Positions 1-12,819 of a stretch of DNA of 64,000 nt are shown piece by piece; the stretch's first letter is position 1, and each line of letters begins with the position of its first letter. Below the pieces are notes generated by a model that was not told the origin of the DNA, did no database searches, and worked only from the letters and a program-made list of their open reading frames with translations. Made by a program: the position numbers and the translations under genes. Source of the DNA: Leucoraja erinacea (lineage: Eukaryota); NCBI RefSeq assembly GCF_028641065.1, contig NC_073378.1:83142001-83206000 (forward strand), written 5' to 3'.

Positions 1-125
1 TGGTATAATTGTACATTGTCCCTAGTGTGTGTAGGGTAGTGTTAGTGTGTGTGGATAGCTGGTCAGCACGGATTTGGTGGGCTGAAGGGCCTGTTTCCAT
101 GCTGTATCTCTGAACTAAACTAAAA
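1..125 (+). mobile_element. 3' part of HE1-like V-SINE
   Basis: gtgggctgaagggcctgtttcc...tatctctgaactaaactaaa tail, matching the end of the full copy at 22068-22378. Confidence 0.8.
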
Positions 126-1589
126 AAAAGCCTAAGGTACAATTTTGGATAGTCCACTATCCTCTTCCACTGGAGGAGCTCTGATATTTTCCTTGTTTTT
201 TGAATAGTGTTGTGGGATATTTGACTGATACCCAGTTTTTCATAGGTGGAAGGGGTTTACATTGGAATGGACGTCAGGGAGTTCAATGCCCCCTGCTACT
301 GTGCTGGGTATTAGCCTTCGTTGTGTGCTCTATCCCATGATGTGAGGTTTGGATCCACAATCGTGGGTATGATGTTCTCCAACTGAAGACTATCTTTCGT
401 TTTTGCATTGAATTTTATTTCTGTGCTAATTTCCTCAGCTGAGAAGTTATAAAAAAATAAAGAAGGCATGAAACAAGCAAGTAACTGATGTTTGTCCTAT
501 TGATATCTAACATTCTCTCTTCTGCGTCCACTGAATCACATTAGGCTAGCAACCTGACAAGTGCGGATTTTCAGTTTTTATCCAGTTTGCCTCGTGTATG
601 TTGATATATGCTTTGCGTAAGTAAGTTGTGGTTGTCTGTAATTTTGTATAATTTTTCCATTACAAAAAAATCACTAAAAACAATCAATATATGTCTCTGA
701 AATACTGGATTCATTTGCTCGAAAATCTTAAGAAATATGATTATAGCACACTGCTCGGTCTTCAGTGTAATGCATGTTTATTAAAAGGAATACGATTAGC
801 CTCACAATGAACTTTTTTAAATGGTAACTTCACAGGAAATATATATTGAATCTCATAACTAACGTGTTGGTTAGAATACGGTCATTACTTACATTACAAC
901 CATTTTATTTTTTTGCTCCTGATGATTCATTTCAGGCTTGAATGTTTTCAAATCTTGCCATGCAGTGATTTGACATAATGAAATAGTTGAGCCTTCAAAG
1001 TGAAACAAAATGCACAACTGTAAAATTAATTATGGAGATTTTTTTCACTGGTGGGTTATCAACCTAACCATCTGAATGCTTCATGCGTTTATTTGTTACT
1101 GCAAAAGTAATTTCTAATGGGCTTCGTGTCAACATAAAAAGAGTGAAGAAAACCATCCGTGTGAGCAACCAATGTTTTGACTGCAGCTGAGAAAGGATGG
1201 CTTATTTTCCACTGTTAGTACTTTTATGTGATTGAATGGCAAACAGGAAACAAGTAAAATATTAAATTTTGTAATTGCTTGGCATGCAGGGTGATACCAA
1301 AGAACTGTTAGAAAGGTTTTGATAGTCACTAAAATATAGGTATTAAAATGTTTTATTTGTGAAAAAAATTAAGCGTGGTTTGCTTACTGAGAGTTTGAAT
1401 GATAACGTATCAAGGGCAAATAGCACAAGGTGTAAGCAATCATTTAATCTAATGGTAAGATTTATACTTTGTTTGCAAATGATCCTTCTTGTATTCTCCC
1501 CTGTTATAGTCTATTTATTTTAATCACTTCTCACTTCTCTGATTTTCCTGCATCGTTAAACCTGCTTTACTTCTAACTTTTAAATAATA

Positions 1590-1775
1590 AGCTGCTGATG
1601 CTGGATATTGGAAATAAAAAGAGAAAGTGTTAGAAATTTTCAGCAGGTCAGGCACCATCTGTGAAAAGAGAAATGGTCAATGTTTCAACTCCAGAACAAC
1701 TTCATCAATGTCTTCATTATTGCTCTTTCCACAGAGGCTGACTGACCTGCTGAGTGTTTATAACACTTTCTGGTT
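1590..1775. mobile_element. Old palindromic Penelope-like pLTR derivative
   Basis: cagcaggtcaggcaccatctgtg ... cacagaggctgactgacctgctg inverted arms, similar to 6085-6248 and 52565-52620. Confidence 0.6.
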
Positions 1776-1814
1776 TTACGTCTAACTTTATTTCAATTTG
1801 AGGACTGGGAGAAG

Positions 1815-2043
1815 ACTATCTATCTATATCCTGATCTATTGTCTACCTCATTGGTGACTCACGGACTATTTTTGATCGGACTTTACTGGCTTTATCTTGC
1901 ACTAACGTTATACCCTTGTCATGTATCTGTACACTGTGAGTGGCTTAATTGTAGTCATGTATTGCCTTTCTGCTGATTGGTTAGCATGCAACAAAAGCTT
2001 TGCACTGTACCTCGGTACACGTGACAATAAACTAAACTCAACT
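1815..2043 (+). mobile_element. LINE 3' UTR tail (Rex1/Babar-like)
   Basis: Ends cactgtacctcggtacacgtgacaataaactaaactcaact; similar tails at 48525 and (reverse) 63225. Clade assignment is from recall. Confidence 0.6.
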
Positions 2044-2247
2044 TGAAGAGATGATCAGTGGGAGAAGTTTTAGAAGAAGGTCAGATGGACTGAGAAGGAG
2101 ACTGGAAGACTGGGCTAAAAGTGAGAAGTCAGTGAAATGAATCTGAGAGTTCACAAGAATAGCAACAGAGCCAAGGGCGGGAGCAATCACGAAGGAACCT
2201 ACCTGATATAAGAGCAGCACCTTTGTCATCCCAGAAGAGGCAAAAGA

Positions 2248-2605
2248 GAACTGTACAGCACTGGAACAGGCTCTTCGGCCCACAATGTCCGTGCCAATCA
2301 TGATGTAAAGATAAACTAATCACATCTGCCAGCACATGATCCATATCCCTCAATTGTATGCATACTCATGTGCCCATCTAAAAGCCTCTTAAACGTCACA
2401 ATCGTATCTATCTCTACTACACTCCTTGTCAGTGAGTTCCAGGCATCCACCACCCACTGTGTACAAACAAAACTTGCTGTGCACATCTCCTTCTAAAATT
2501 TGCCCCTCTCACCTGAAAGCTACGTTCTCTAATCTTTGATATTTTCACCCTGGGGGAAAAAGGTTCAGTCTGTCCACTCTAACTGTGCCTTTCATAACGT
2601 TATGA
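2248..2605 (-). mobile_element. CR1/HER1 LINE 3' fragment
   Basis: Reverse complement of the CR1 ORF2 C-terminus/3' UTR (aacaggctcttcggcccac; gagttccaggcatccaccacc). Confidence 0.75.
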
Positions 2606-2708
2606 ACTAAGGCTCATTTAACTACTGGTAGACCTAGCTTCAATTTTTCCACTTTTGCATTCACTGTTGACATTTGTACAAGTAACATCAGCTGAGCCAT
2701 GATCGATT

Positions 2709-2797
2709 AATGTGATCAGCCATGATCACATTAAATGGCGGCGCTGGCTCAAAGGGCCTAATGGCCCACTCCTGCACCTATTGTCTATTGTCTATTG
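2709..2797 (+). mobile_element. Short CR1 3' tail with (tattgtc)n end
   Basis: gatcagccatgatcacattaaatggcggcg...ctcctgcacctattgtctattgtctattg; splits the host CR1 motif gatcgatt|ggccagg. Confidence 0.75.
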
Positions 2798-3313
2798 ATT
2801 GGCCAGGTGGGCTGAGGAATGGTTGATGGATTTTAATACAGAGAAATATGAGGTGTTGCATTTTGGGAAGTCTAACATGGGCAGGACCGACACAGTGGAT
2901 GGTAGGCCTCTGGGGAGTGTTGTAGAGTAGAGGGATCTAGCAGTGCAGGTGCATGATTCCATGAAGGTGGAGCCACAGGTAGATAAGGTGGTCAAAAAGG
3001 CTTCTGGCACATTGGCCTTCATCAGTCAGAGAATTGAGTATCAAAGTTGGGAGGTCATGTTGCAGTTGCACACGACTTTGGTGAGGCCGCATTCACAGTA
3101 TTGTGTTCAGTTCTGAGCACTATGTTATAGGAACGATGTTGTCAAGCTGGACAGGGTACTGAGAAGATTTACGAGGATGTTGCCAGGATTAGAGAGGGTC
3201 TGAGCTACCTGAGGACATAAGTTTATGGTGAAGGGGAACACATTTAATAGGAATCTGAGGGGTAACGTTTTCACACAAAGAGTTGTGGGTGTATGGAACA
3301 AGCTGCCAGAGGA
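2797..3313 (+). mobile_element. CR1/HER1 ORF2 fragment (decayed)
   Basis: Homologous to 8350-9010 and 54820-55640 (ARWAEEWLM, VWNKLPEE-type motifs). Confidence 0.85.
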
Positions 3314-3321
3314 GCTACAAG

Positions 3322-3425
3322 TGAGTCTGAAGAAGAGTATTGACCCCAAAACGTTACTTATTCCTTTTCTCCAGAGATGCTGCCTGACCCGCTGAGATCC
3401 TCCAGCATTTTGTGTCTATCTTCTG
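3322..3425 (+). mobile_element. Penelope-like pLTR fragment with degenerate hammerhead core
   Basis: gtctgaagaagagtattgaccccaaaacgttac...agatgctgcctgacccgctgag. Confidence 0.7.
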
Positions 3426-3469
3426 TGAATTAGATATCTTTGTGGCAGGGTAATCACTTCCCACTCAAT

Positions 3470-3665
3470 GCCAGAGGTGAGGGTTTTCTCCAGGTGCTCT
3501 GGATTCCACCCACACTCTAAAGACCTCTAGGTTTGTATGGTAATTGGCTGTGGTTAAATGTTCCTTAGTGTGTAGGATAGTGTTATGTATGGGTGATCGC
3601 TGGTCAGCGCAGACTCGGTAGGCCAAAGGGCCTGTTTCTGCTCTGTATCGCTGAAGCCTAAAGTC
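3470..3665 (+). mobile_element. HE1-like V-SINE, internally deleted
   Basis: V-domain piece (gggttttctccaggtgctctggattcc) plus the aagggcctgtttc tail. Confidence 0.75.
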
Positions 3666-4924
3666 TGAAATAAAACGTGGGAGTGCTATAAAAGGGAATA
3701 AAGGCATTTTTGAATTCTTTATGTAATGTTTTTGATTAAAAAAAAGTGTCACAACATGCCTGACTTTTCAAGCAAACCCTCGTCAATGAATTTGTGAATC
3801 CATTTTTTTTATAGGCAGAATCTTTTTTTCCACTTTGGGGGAACTTTGCTCAATGTGTATGGGTGCAGATTGTGGAGAAGGGCCATCACTTGTGAACATT
3901 ATGCATCATTCACCAATTGCTCCAGATACCATTCAACTGGACAAATACATGTAAATTTAGCAGCTTCTCCTATCATGTATAGATAGATATGCATAGAGAA
4001 GAGGGGCAGGGCTCACTAATAAAGCTTTGAAGGGTTTAAAAATCCATTACTGTTCAAATATGAGAGTAATGATCCAAGAATTACTGAAATATTACCACAG
4101 TAAGCATAAAAATGTTATCACAAGATCTTACCAATAAAAATAAACGTTCTGTATTCACAGCATTAGTTCCCTTTTACTATTTAGGATTATAAATTTATGA
4201 AGTTGTCACATTGTATAACACGTGCTGCGATAAAAAACTTCAGAATTACACAAACTTTGTCCCAACATTACTTTAAATTGCTCTTGGAGCAACATGTTTT
4301 ATTTTAGGTCTGAAATGTTTTGGAAATTTTCCTTCAATAATACCAACATTTGGGAAAATTTGATTGAGTTCCTAAAGACTAACGATAACCATGCAATAAC
4401 TGGACACACCACACCTCCTGTGGGACCGGGTGGAGAAAATTTCAACCATTACTTGCTTCCATGATGTGATGGTTTGGAGAGGATGAATGATTTTTTTTTT
4501 TTGATACTTTCATTTTGACCACTAATGCAAATAACATGAAATATTACTGTGGCATTAGCCAAAACAGCATGAATCCAAGCACTTTGGCAATTTGTAAATT
4601 TGAATTATGTTTGAAAATAGCGAGTTCTTCATTTCAGAGACAAAAGACTGGTAATCTAATATGCAACCATGAAGCTACTGGATTTGATGTCGAGTCCAAC
4701 TGCCTCACTAATGTTCTATCAGAAAGGGAACGTATTCTTCACCAGGTCTGGCCTGTACATAACTCCAGTCCCACCACATGAACAAGCCTGTCAAATGTAT
4801 CAAGCAACTATCCAGTGAACAGTCCACCTCCATTGCATCAGAATTAGCACCAACTGCTTGTGTTGCTTGCAATTCCACATCCCGAGAATGAAAACTAAAT
4901 TAGTGTTTTGATGATTGAAACACA

Positions 4925-5963
4925 TAGAAACATAGAAACATAGAAACATAGAAATTAGGTGCAGGAGTAGGCCATTCGGCCCTTCGAGCTTGCACCGCCA
5001 TTCAATATGATCATGGCTGATCATCCAACTCAGTATCCCGTACCTGCCTTCTCTCCATACCCCCTGATCCCCTTAGCCACAAGGGCCACATCTAACTCCC
5101 TCTTAAATATAGCCAACGAACTGGCCTCACTACCCTCTGTGGCAGAGAGTTCCAGAGATTCACCACTCTCTGTGTGAAAAAAGTTCTTCTCATCTCGGTT
5201 TTAAAGGATTTCCCCATCCTTAAGCTGTGACCCCTTGTCCTGGACTTCCCTAACATCGGGACAATCTTCCTGCATCTAGCCTGTCCAACCCCTTAAGAAT
5301 TTTGTAAGTTTCTATAAGATCCCCTCTCAATCTTCTAAATTCTAGAGCGAATAAACCAAGTCTATCCAGTCTTTCTTCATAAGACAGTCCTGACATCCCA
5401 GAAATCAGTCTGGTGAACCGTCTCTGCACTCCCTCTATGGCAATAATGTCCTTCCTCAGATTTGGAGACCAAAACTGTACGCAATACCCCAGGTGTGGTC
5501 TCACCAAGACCCTGTACAACTGCAGTAGAACCTCTCTGCTCCTATACTCAAATCCTTTTGCAATGAAAGCTAACATACCATTCGCTTTCTTTACTGCCTG
5601 CTGCACCTGCATGCCTACCTTCAATGACTGGTGTACCATGACACCCAGGTCTCGCTGCATCTCCCCCCCTTTCCCAATCGGCCACCATTTATATAATAGT
5701 CTGCTTTCCCGTTTTTGCCACCAAAATGGATAACCTCGCATTTATCCACATTATACTGCATCTGCCAAACATTTGTCACCCAGCCTATCCAAGTCACCCT
5801 GCAGTCTCCTAGCATCCTCCTCACAGCTAACACTGCCCCCCAGCTTAGTGTCATCCGCAAACTTGGAGATATTGCCTTCAATTCCCATATCATTTATAAA
5901 TTGCTAGCTGGGGTCCCAGTACTGAGCCTTGGGGTACCCCACTAGTCACTGCCTGCCATTGTG
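4925..5963 (-). mobile_element. CR1 LINE, 5'-truncated, (catagaaa)n tail
   Basis: ORFs 5250-5741 and 5621-5893 give CR1 ORF2 (LYRVLVRPHLGYCVQFWSP, YNVDKCEVIHFG); flanked by aacaca. Confidence 0.92.
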
Positions 5964-6084
5964 AACACAAAATAAAATGCAAAAAAATTGCTGAAATGAT
6001 TTCACTTTTACAACCTTACTAAGCTGAGAGAAATGTGTGGCACAATACTTTTGTTGAATAAGTGCTCTCTTGTTTATTTACAAA

Positions 6085-6248
6085 AGGACACAAACTGCTG
6101 GAGTAAGTCAGCAGGTCAGACGGCATCTCATGAGAACAGAGATAGGTGATGTTTCGGAGTGAGGCCTTTCTTCAGACCTGAAACGTCAACTGTCCATGTT
6201 CTCCAGAGATGCTGTCTGACCTGCTGAGTTATTCCAACATTTTGAGTC
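6085..6248. mobile_element. Palindromic Penelope-like pLTR derivative
   Basis: tgctggagtaagtcagcaggtcagacggcatctc ... gagatgctgtctgacctgctgagttattccaaca inverted arms meeting at cttcagacctgaaacgtc. Confidence 0.75.
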
Positions 6249-6728
6249 ATTTTGTTTATTAACCAGCAGCAGCCAGCTGCAGGTCAGATAAGGTTGTTGT
6301 AGGAGGGGATTTTAACTTTCCCAATATAGACTGGGGAAATCATAGTGTTAAGGGTTCAAATGGAGTGCAATTCCTCAAAAGTGTTCAGGAGAGATTTCTT
6401 AAGCAGTATGTAGAGGCCCACACACATGAGAGGGCAATGCTGGATCTAGTATTGGGAAATTGGGAAGGGCAGGTTAATGAAGTGTTTGTGGAGGAGCCTT
6501 GGGACCAGTTACCACAGTTCGATTAGGTTTAAGATAGTGATGAATAGGGACGGAGAGGGTCCACATGTTACCGAAAAGGGTAACTAGCGAGAGAGTGGGA
6601 CCTCTTAGGAATCAAAGCGGTCACCTCTGTGTGGAGCCACAGGAGATGGGCAAGGTCCTCAATGAATATTTCTCCTCTGTATTTACCAAGGAGAAAGACT
6701 GTAGGATGGAGGAACTTGGGGCAGTCAA

Positions 6729-6959
6729 GAGACAATAGACAATAGGTGCAGGAGTAGGCCATTCGGCCCTTCGAGCCAGCACCACCATTCAATGTGATCA
6801 TGGCTGATCATCCCTAATCAGTACCCCGTTCCTGCCTTCTCCCCATATCCCCTGACTCCGTTATTTTTAAGATCCCTATCTAGCTCTCTCTTGAAAGCAT
6901 CCAGAGAACCTGCATCCACCGCCCTCTGAGGCAGAGAATTCCACACTCGCCACTCTCCA
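6729..6959 (-). mobile_element. CR1 3' fragment nested in CR1
   Basis: gacaatagacaatagg tail; flanked by direct repeat cagtcaa (6722-6728, 6960-6966). Confidence 0.85.
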
Positions 6960-7668
6960 CAGTCAATGGAAGTGTCTTGAGAGCAGTCAGTGTTACCGCT
7001 GAAGAAGTACTGAAGGTACTATTGTGTATGCAGGTAGACAAATCTCAAGGGCTAATTAGATATATCCGAGGACATTGCGGGAAACTAGAGTGGAAATTGC
7101 AGGAGCCCCAGTTGAAATTTACGAGTCGTTCTTAAATACAGGAGAAGTCCCGGAAAAATGGAGGGTGGCAAATGTTGTGCCTCTTTCCAAGAAGGGCTGC
7201 AGGGAAAATGCTGGGAACTATAGGCCTGTGAAAAGTCACTAGAGAGTATTCTGAGGGATAGGCTATTCAGGCATTTGGATGGGCATGGGCTGATTAGGGA
7301 CAGTCATTATGGTTTTGTATGTGGGAAGCTCACAAATCTGATTGATTTTTTAAGATGTGACCAAAAAGGTCGATGAGGGTAGAGCTGTAGATGTCGTGTA
7401 CATGGATTTCAGTAAGGCATTCAACAAGGTTCCGCATAGTAGGCTGCTCTGGAAGGTTAGATCACATGGGATCCAAGGAGAGATAGCTCTCATGAGAGGA
7501 ATAGATCAGGTAGGTGCACAGTCTCTTGCCCAGAGTAGGGGAATCGAGGTCCAGAGGACATAGGTTCAAGGTGAAGGGGAAAAGATTTAATAGGCTCCAT
7601 GGAAGGAAGCAGAGGATGATGATGGAAGGTTGCTTGTCAGACTGGAGGCCTGTGATTAGTGCTGTGCC

Positions 7669-8189
7669 TAGAGATGCCAACTTCCTCACTCCCAAACAAG
7701 GGATAAAAGGTCAAAATAAGGGACAAATTCCCGTCGGCAATTCGTTGAGCGACTCGGCCGTGCTTGGGTGAATGATGTGTTGGCCTAGGTGCTGGACTGC
7801 ATACAAAACCCATCCAGCGGGCCAACTGAGGAGTTTTGGCCTGGGCGCCGGACTTTGAGCAAAGTCCGGCACCCCAACCAACTCATGAACCGATGATCAG
7901 CCATGAGAAGGAGGGGTGATGATGGCGGTTGTAACCGAAGGTCCGAAGGTCAGACAGCTGGCCGGGCTACCGACCAATTGTGCCAAGGGCAAGGTGCTGC
8001 TGCTGCACTCCATGGGCTGCACTACAACGGGCCGGGTGAGGCAGGGTCGGACGCGGCGCTCCAACCTGACAGTCCCCTCGACCCGAGCAGCAGCAGTCAA
8101 ATACAGGACAAAGCGGTCATGTATGTGACAAACAAATTTATCCCAATATATGGGATGTCCTGGCCAATACGGGACTGTTGGCAACCCTA
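7669..8189. mobile_element. Non-autonomous hAT-type MITE nested in CR1
   Basis: TIRs tagagatgccaac / gttggcaacccta; 8-bp TSD gctgtgcc / ggtgtgcc. Confidence 0.85.
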
Positions 8190-11100
8190 GGTGTGCCTCA
8201 GGGTTCAGTGCTGGGCCTGTTGCTGTTGTTATCTACGTCAATGATTTGGATGAGAACATACAGGGCAAGATTAGCAAGTTTGATGATGATACAAAAGTGA
8301 GCGGTTTGCAGATAATGAAGATGGTTGTGAAAGATTGCAGCAGGATCTGGATCAATTGGCCAGGTGGGCGGAGGAATGGTTGATGGAATTTAATACACAA
8401 AAATGGGTTTTGTTGCATTTTGGGACGCTGAACAAGGGCAGGGCCTACACAGCAAAAGGTAGGCCTTTGGAAAGTGTTGTAGAGCAGAGGGATCCAGGAG
8501 TACAGGTGCATGGTTCCTTAAAGGTTGAGTCACAGGTGGGTAAGGTGGTCAAAAAGGCTTTTGGCACTTTGACCTTCATCAGTCAGAGTATTCACTATAG
8601 TTGGGAGGTCATGTTGTAGTTGTATAAGACATTGGTGAGGCTGTATTTAGAATAGTCTGTTCAGTTCTGGGTACCATGTATTAGGAAAGAAATTGTCAAT
8701 CTTGAAAGGGTCCTGAAAATATTTATGAGGATGTTGCCAGGATTAGAGGTTTTGAGCTATAGGGAGAGGTTGAATAGGTTGTGTCTCTATTCCATGGAGC
8801 GCAGGAGAATGAGGGGTGATCTTATAGAGGTGTACAAAATCATGAGAGGAATAGATCAGGTAGGTGTACAGTCTCTTGCCCAGAGTAGAGGAATCGAGGA
8901 CTAGAGGACATAGGTTCAAGGTGAAGGGGAAAAGATTTAATAGGAATCCGAGGGGTAACATTTTCACACAAAGGGTGATGGGTGTATGGAACAAGCTGCC
9001 AGAGGAGGTAGTTGAGGCTGTGACTATCCCATTGTTTAAGAAACAGTTAGACAGGTACATGGATAGGACAGATTTGGAGGGATATGGACCAACCACAGGC
9101 AAATGGGACTAGTGTAGCTGGGACCCTTGTTTCACTCTATAACTCTATCTGCAGTTCCTTGTTTCCACCCTCTGATGTTTATTATTCATTTCTTGCCACA
9201 TTTGGGAGAACCTCACATTTTGTACTCTCTGTCACACCCAATTGGGTTCCCTTAACCGCAGGTTAGACAACAGCAGCGGTGGACTGAGATTTGGCCACTA
9301 GATTTGCTTGGTACCTTTTTCAATAAGACTTCTGTGTGGAGTTACATGTTTAAACAGCTTTTAAATCCCTTGCCTTCTCCCACGAAGAAATGGATGGGGT
9401 GGGAATGGGGAAGGGGTGAAAACTAGGTCATGTGGATTATAGCAATAATTTCTAGTATTTCAAGATTTTGTCGAGACCTGGTTTTGCAAATGGGACAGCT
9501 TTCAATTTATCCAACGCAGAAATTACATGATTAGCACCTGATTTAATGCTTATGTTCTCACTGGACATTAAATCCTTTTCATAATAAGCAATTGATGTTG
9601 TGTCACAATACAAGCAGAGGGCTCAAAGGTTGCAAGAGCATAGCAACTAGTTGTGCACACATTCGCACATTTGCTTCCATTGATATCTTTGGAATTAACA
9701 TCAGGAGGTGAGTGCAGTCCCATGTGTATTTAGAGTTATTGACTGAGGCAAATTTTTGCCTCCTATTTTTTTTGTACAGCTCAGATTGTATGGTATAATA
9801 CTGAAAGCAGTTCTTTCTGCAAACCCTTTTGTCAATGAGGAAAGGGATTTAAAAAAAACTTGAGATGTTAATAAAGGTAAAAAAAAAACGATCATATCAA
9901 TCTCCAAGGCAAGCTGCGCCAGGAATATGTGAATAAAGAGAAAGAAAATTATAACAATGCTCTTAAATTGTGCATCAGGGTGAAGAAAAAAATCTACTGT
10001 AATCCCCATTAGATTAAACAGCCCAAGCAGTTATATAAAAGAACTGGAAGATATATTCTAGGCAGGTATTTCATTACAGCCGTAGCAAATTAAAACACAA
10101 ATAGGATTAGAAAAGAATAATGTAACAATCTTCCACTGTATTCCCTGGAGCACTTAGTCATAAATTGGGTTTGCATTTAGTGGTGTGGGGAGTGCTGAAT
10201 ACAGGTAAAGTGCTGCAGACTGGAGATAAGGCATTCTGGGCAACTGACCAACTTTAACAAAGCTAAGCAGTTATTTCTGAGTGATCTCCTAATTTAACAC
10301 CGTCATTTGTTAACTCTATCTTATGTGTTACAGGATTTTACTGAAATACCTCCTCAAAACTCAAATGCATTTGATCAAAAGGTGGCATAAATCCTCTGAT
10401 TGGAAACATTTTTATTTTGTTAATTTTAATTGCTTCCATTTTTAATTGTAACAAAAATATTTTTCCTAAGACGGAAATATTTCATGTTGACATCAGTGAT
10501 ATAAAGCTGTTTATGATTGTTCCAATAATAAAATATTCTGAACCAAAGAAGGGAATTAATTTATATATATTTTAGGAATAACATCTATTGAACCCTAAGG
10601 GACAAATTTGGGATTATGCTATTTTGCAAACTGCAATATGTTGACACACAATTACTTGATATTCTAAAGGGTTTGTCCTCGTAGTATAAGATCATGTTTA
10701 TTTTGTTATGATGAAAATACATTTTTTAACATATCAAATTTCCAATTATTAAAATTAATTAAATGTCTATTTTGCATTTATGTATTATGGATGATGCTGT
10801 ATAGTCAGCAAGTAAAACATTTAATATTTCCACAGTCTAATGCTCAGAGCTACTAAAGACAGTTTGTATTCTGGAGGATTACTTAACTTGTTGTTTCAGG
10901 GGTATTAGAAACTTCTGCACACAAAAATTCTGGCCAAGTATTGTTCAAAGACCATAAAATATTATTTCATGGCAATCTGTCGGTATGATTGCGTGAAGAA
11001 GATATTGGAGTGGGATTTCTGACGAGTATATGATAGCAATCCAAATTAAAGTTTCAGCAAAATATGCTAACATTAGGAAGAGGGTTTTTTTTTCCTCAAG

Positions 11101-12519
11101 AGTGCCAAAATTCATTTGCACATTGCACAAACAACACAATTGACAAATCTTTCATTTTTTAAATTGCTTTTATGAATTGGTTAAACTTGTGTTAAATTTA
11201 AGATTGAATCTTAGTGTAGTTTGATGAAATCAGCAAAAAAAAGTTGTCAAAAATGATTAAAAACATATATATATATTCAAAAGCTTTTAAAATGTACCTA
11301 TTAATGTCCTTATGCTCATAAAACAGCTTAATTTTAAGAGCCTCCTTGAAGGCTCACAAATGAGTGTGATTAGTTGAAACTCCCAAAGGGGATTAATTTG
11401 ATCTGAGGTGTGACCAGCTTCCTGGGCACAGTCTTTTTCCAATGGATGTTCTTTTGAATGTTCTTTTGAAGGATGTTGCGGAAAGACTGTATGACGCTCA
11501 GAAATAATTTTTTTCCTGCCGCTTTGTGATGGCTCTGGAGATTGATGAAGAAAGTGTTCCAAGTTCTACCGTCCTTTTAAAGGAGTGGATCAGATAGAAG
11601 ATATGCAGGTGTTTAGTACAGGTGACAATGAGGCTTAATATGGATCAGATAATTCTTGTAGAGGTCTTGCAGGTGTGGACCAATAGTTGTCCACAACTGG
11701 TCAGAGTGTCCGCAACTGGATTAAAAGATGACTAGACAGATAATTTGCATTAAATATTTACAGAAGCTTTGATTTACAATAGGTTTCATGAAGGATTAAG
11801 ATGGATCTGTCCTGTTTTTTCCTGTCTCATGTGGGGATGATCTAGGTCTCCCATAGTTCAGATGGGGATGTAATCATGGTTTGGTGCAGGCCTGGATCCT
11901 ATGATTGAATAATGTTGGCTGTGATACCAATCCAGTCGTCTCTGCATTCTTAAGTGTACGGTTTTTGGCATCCAGTCTTTTAATTTGTTCTATGGTTGAT
12001 CTCCAGTCTGTGTTAAGTGGCACTATACTGAGGGCTGCTGGCTTTGGTCTACAATATTTGGTTTCCTGTTCCTCATTCCCATATGGTGATACTGCAGTAG
12101 AAGTGAGCCAGTTCAAACCATGAACAAAGGAAGATTTGCGTTAAGGCACTTGATTTTTCCAGGGCATCCTGCTCCCTCCCATTGGTACGGAACATTTGCA
12201 TTTTTCAGCTTGAAATTGTGCAATATGGTGCATACTGTAGCCAGTCTTATAATTTACACTTGAATGCAATATATATATGCTTTAAATTGGATTGGAGCAT
12301 TTTTGAAAGGGGGGAGGCTGTGCGATCACTGATCACTGGTCTTAGGGGTACCCGGTGAGAGAGTGGAGCAACCGAGTGGGGAGAGGTTGTGGAAGAAGGG
12401 TGTGTCCCCCTCCCAGGGTAGGAACTTTTTGAAATTTGATGTATTAAAATCATGTTTTAGTGCACTGTAGAAGTATGATTTCAATGTATTTTGTATGGAG
12501 TGATTTTAAGAGGTAACTT

Positions 12520-12750
12520 TTTAAGGGGTAACTTTATCCACACAAAGGGTGATGGGTGTATGGAACAAGCTGCCAGAGGAGGTAGTTGAGGCAGGGACCA
12601 TCCCAACATTTAAGAAAAAGTTAGACTGATACATGGATAGGACAGGTTTGGAGGTATGAACCAAAAGCAGGTAGTGTAGCTGGGACATATTGGCGGGTGT
12701 GGGCAAGTTGCGCCGAAGGGCCTGTTTTCACACTGTATCACTCTATGACT
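12520..12750 (+). mobile_element. CR1/HER1 3' end fragment
   Basis: gggtgtatggaacaagctgccagaggaggtagttgaggc ... gccgaagggcctgtttt. Confidence 0.85.
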
Positions 12751-12819
12751 ACATTATACCTCCACCATGCATGAATGCTTCAAAATCAAGTGATCGAGTT
12801 TTATTGCCATATACTCAAG

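Larger units (their letters stand above)
6285..9145 (+). mobile_element. Long CR1/HER1 ORF2 remnant (endonuclease end, RT, 3' end) with nested insertions
   Basis: VVGGDFNFPNIDW at ~6295, VDVVYMDFSKAFNKVPH (7357 ORF), YVNDLDENIQGKISKFDDDTK (8150 ORF), RVMGVWNKLPEEVVEA; many stops and frameshifts. Confidence 0.92.

Noticed and set aside
12270-12515. Possible DNA transposon fragment upstream of a CR1 tail
   Set aside because: No TIR or TSD visible, so it cannot be supported.
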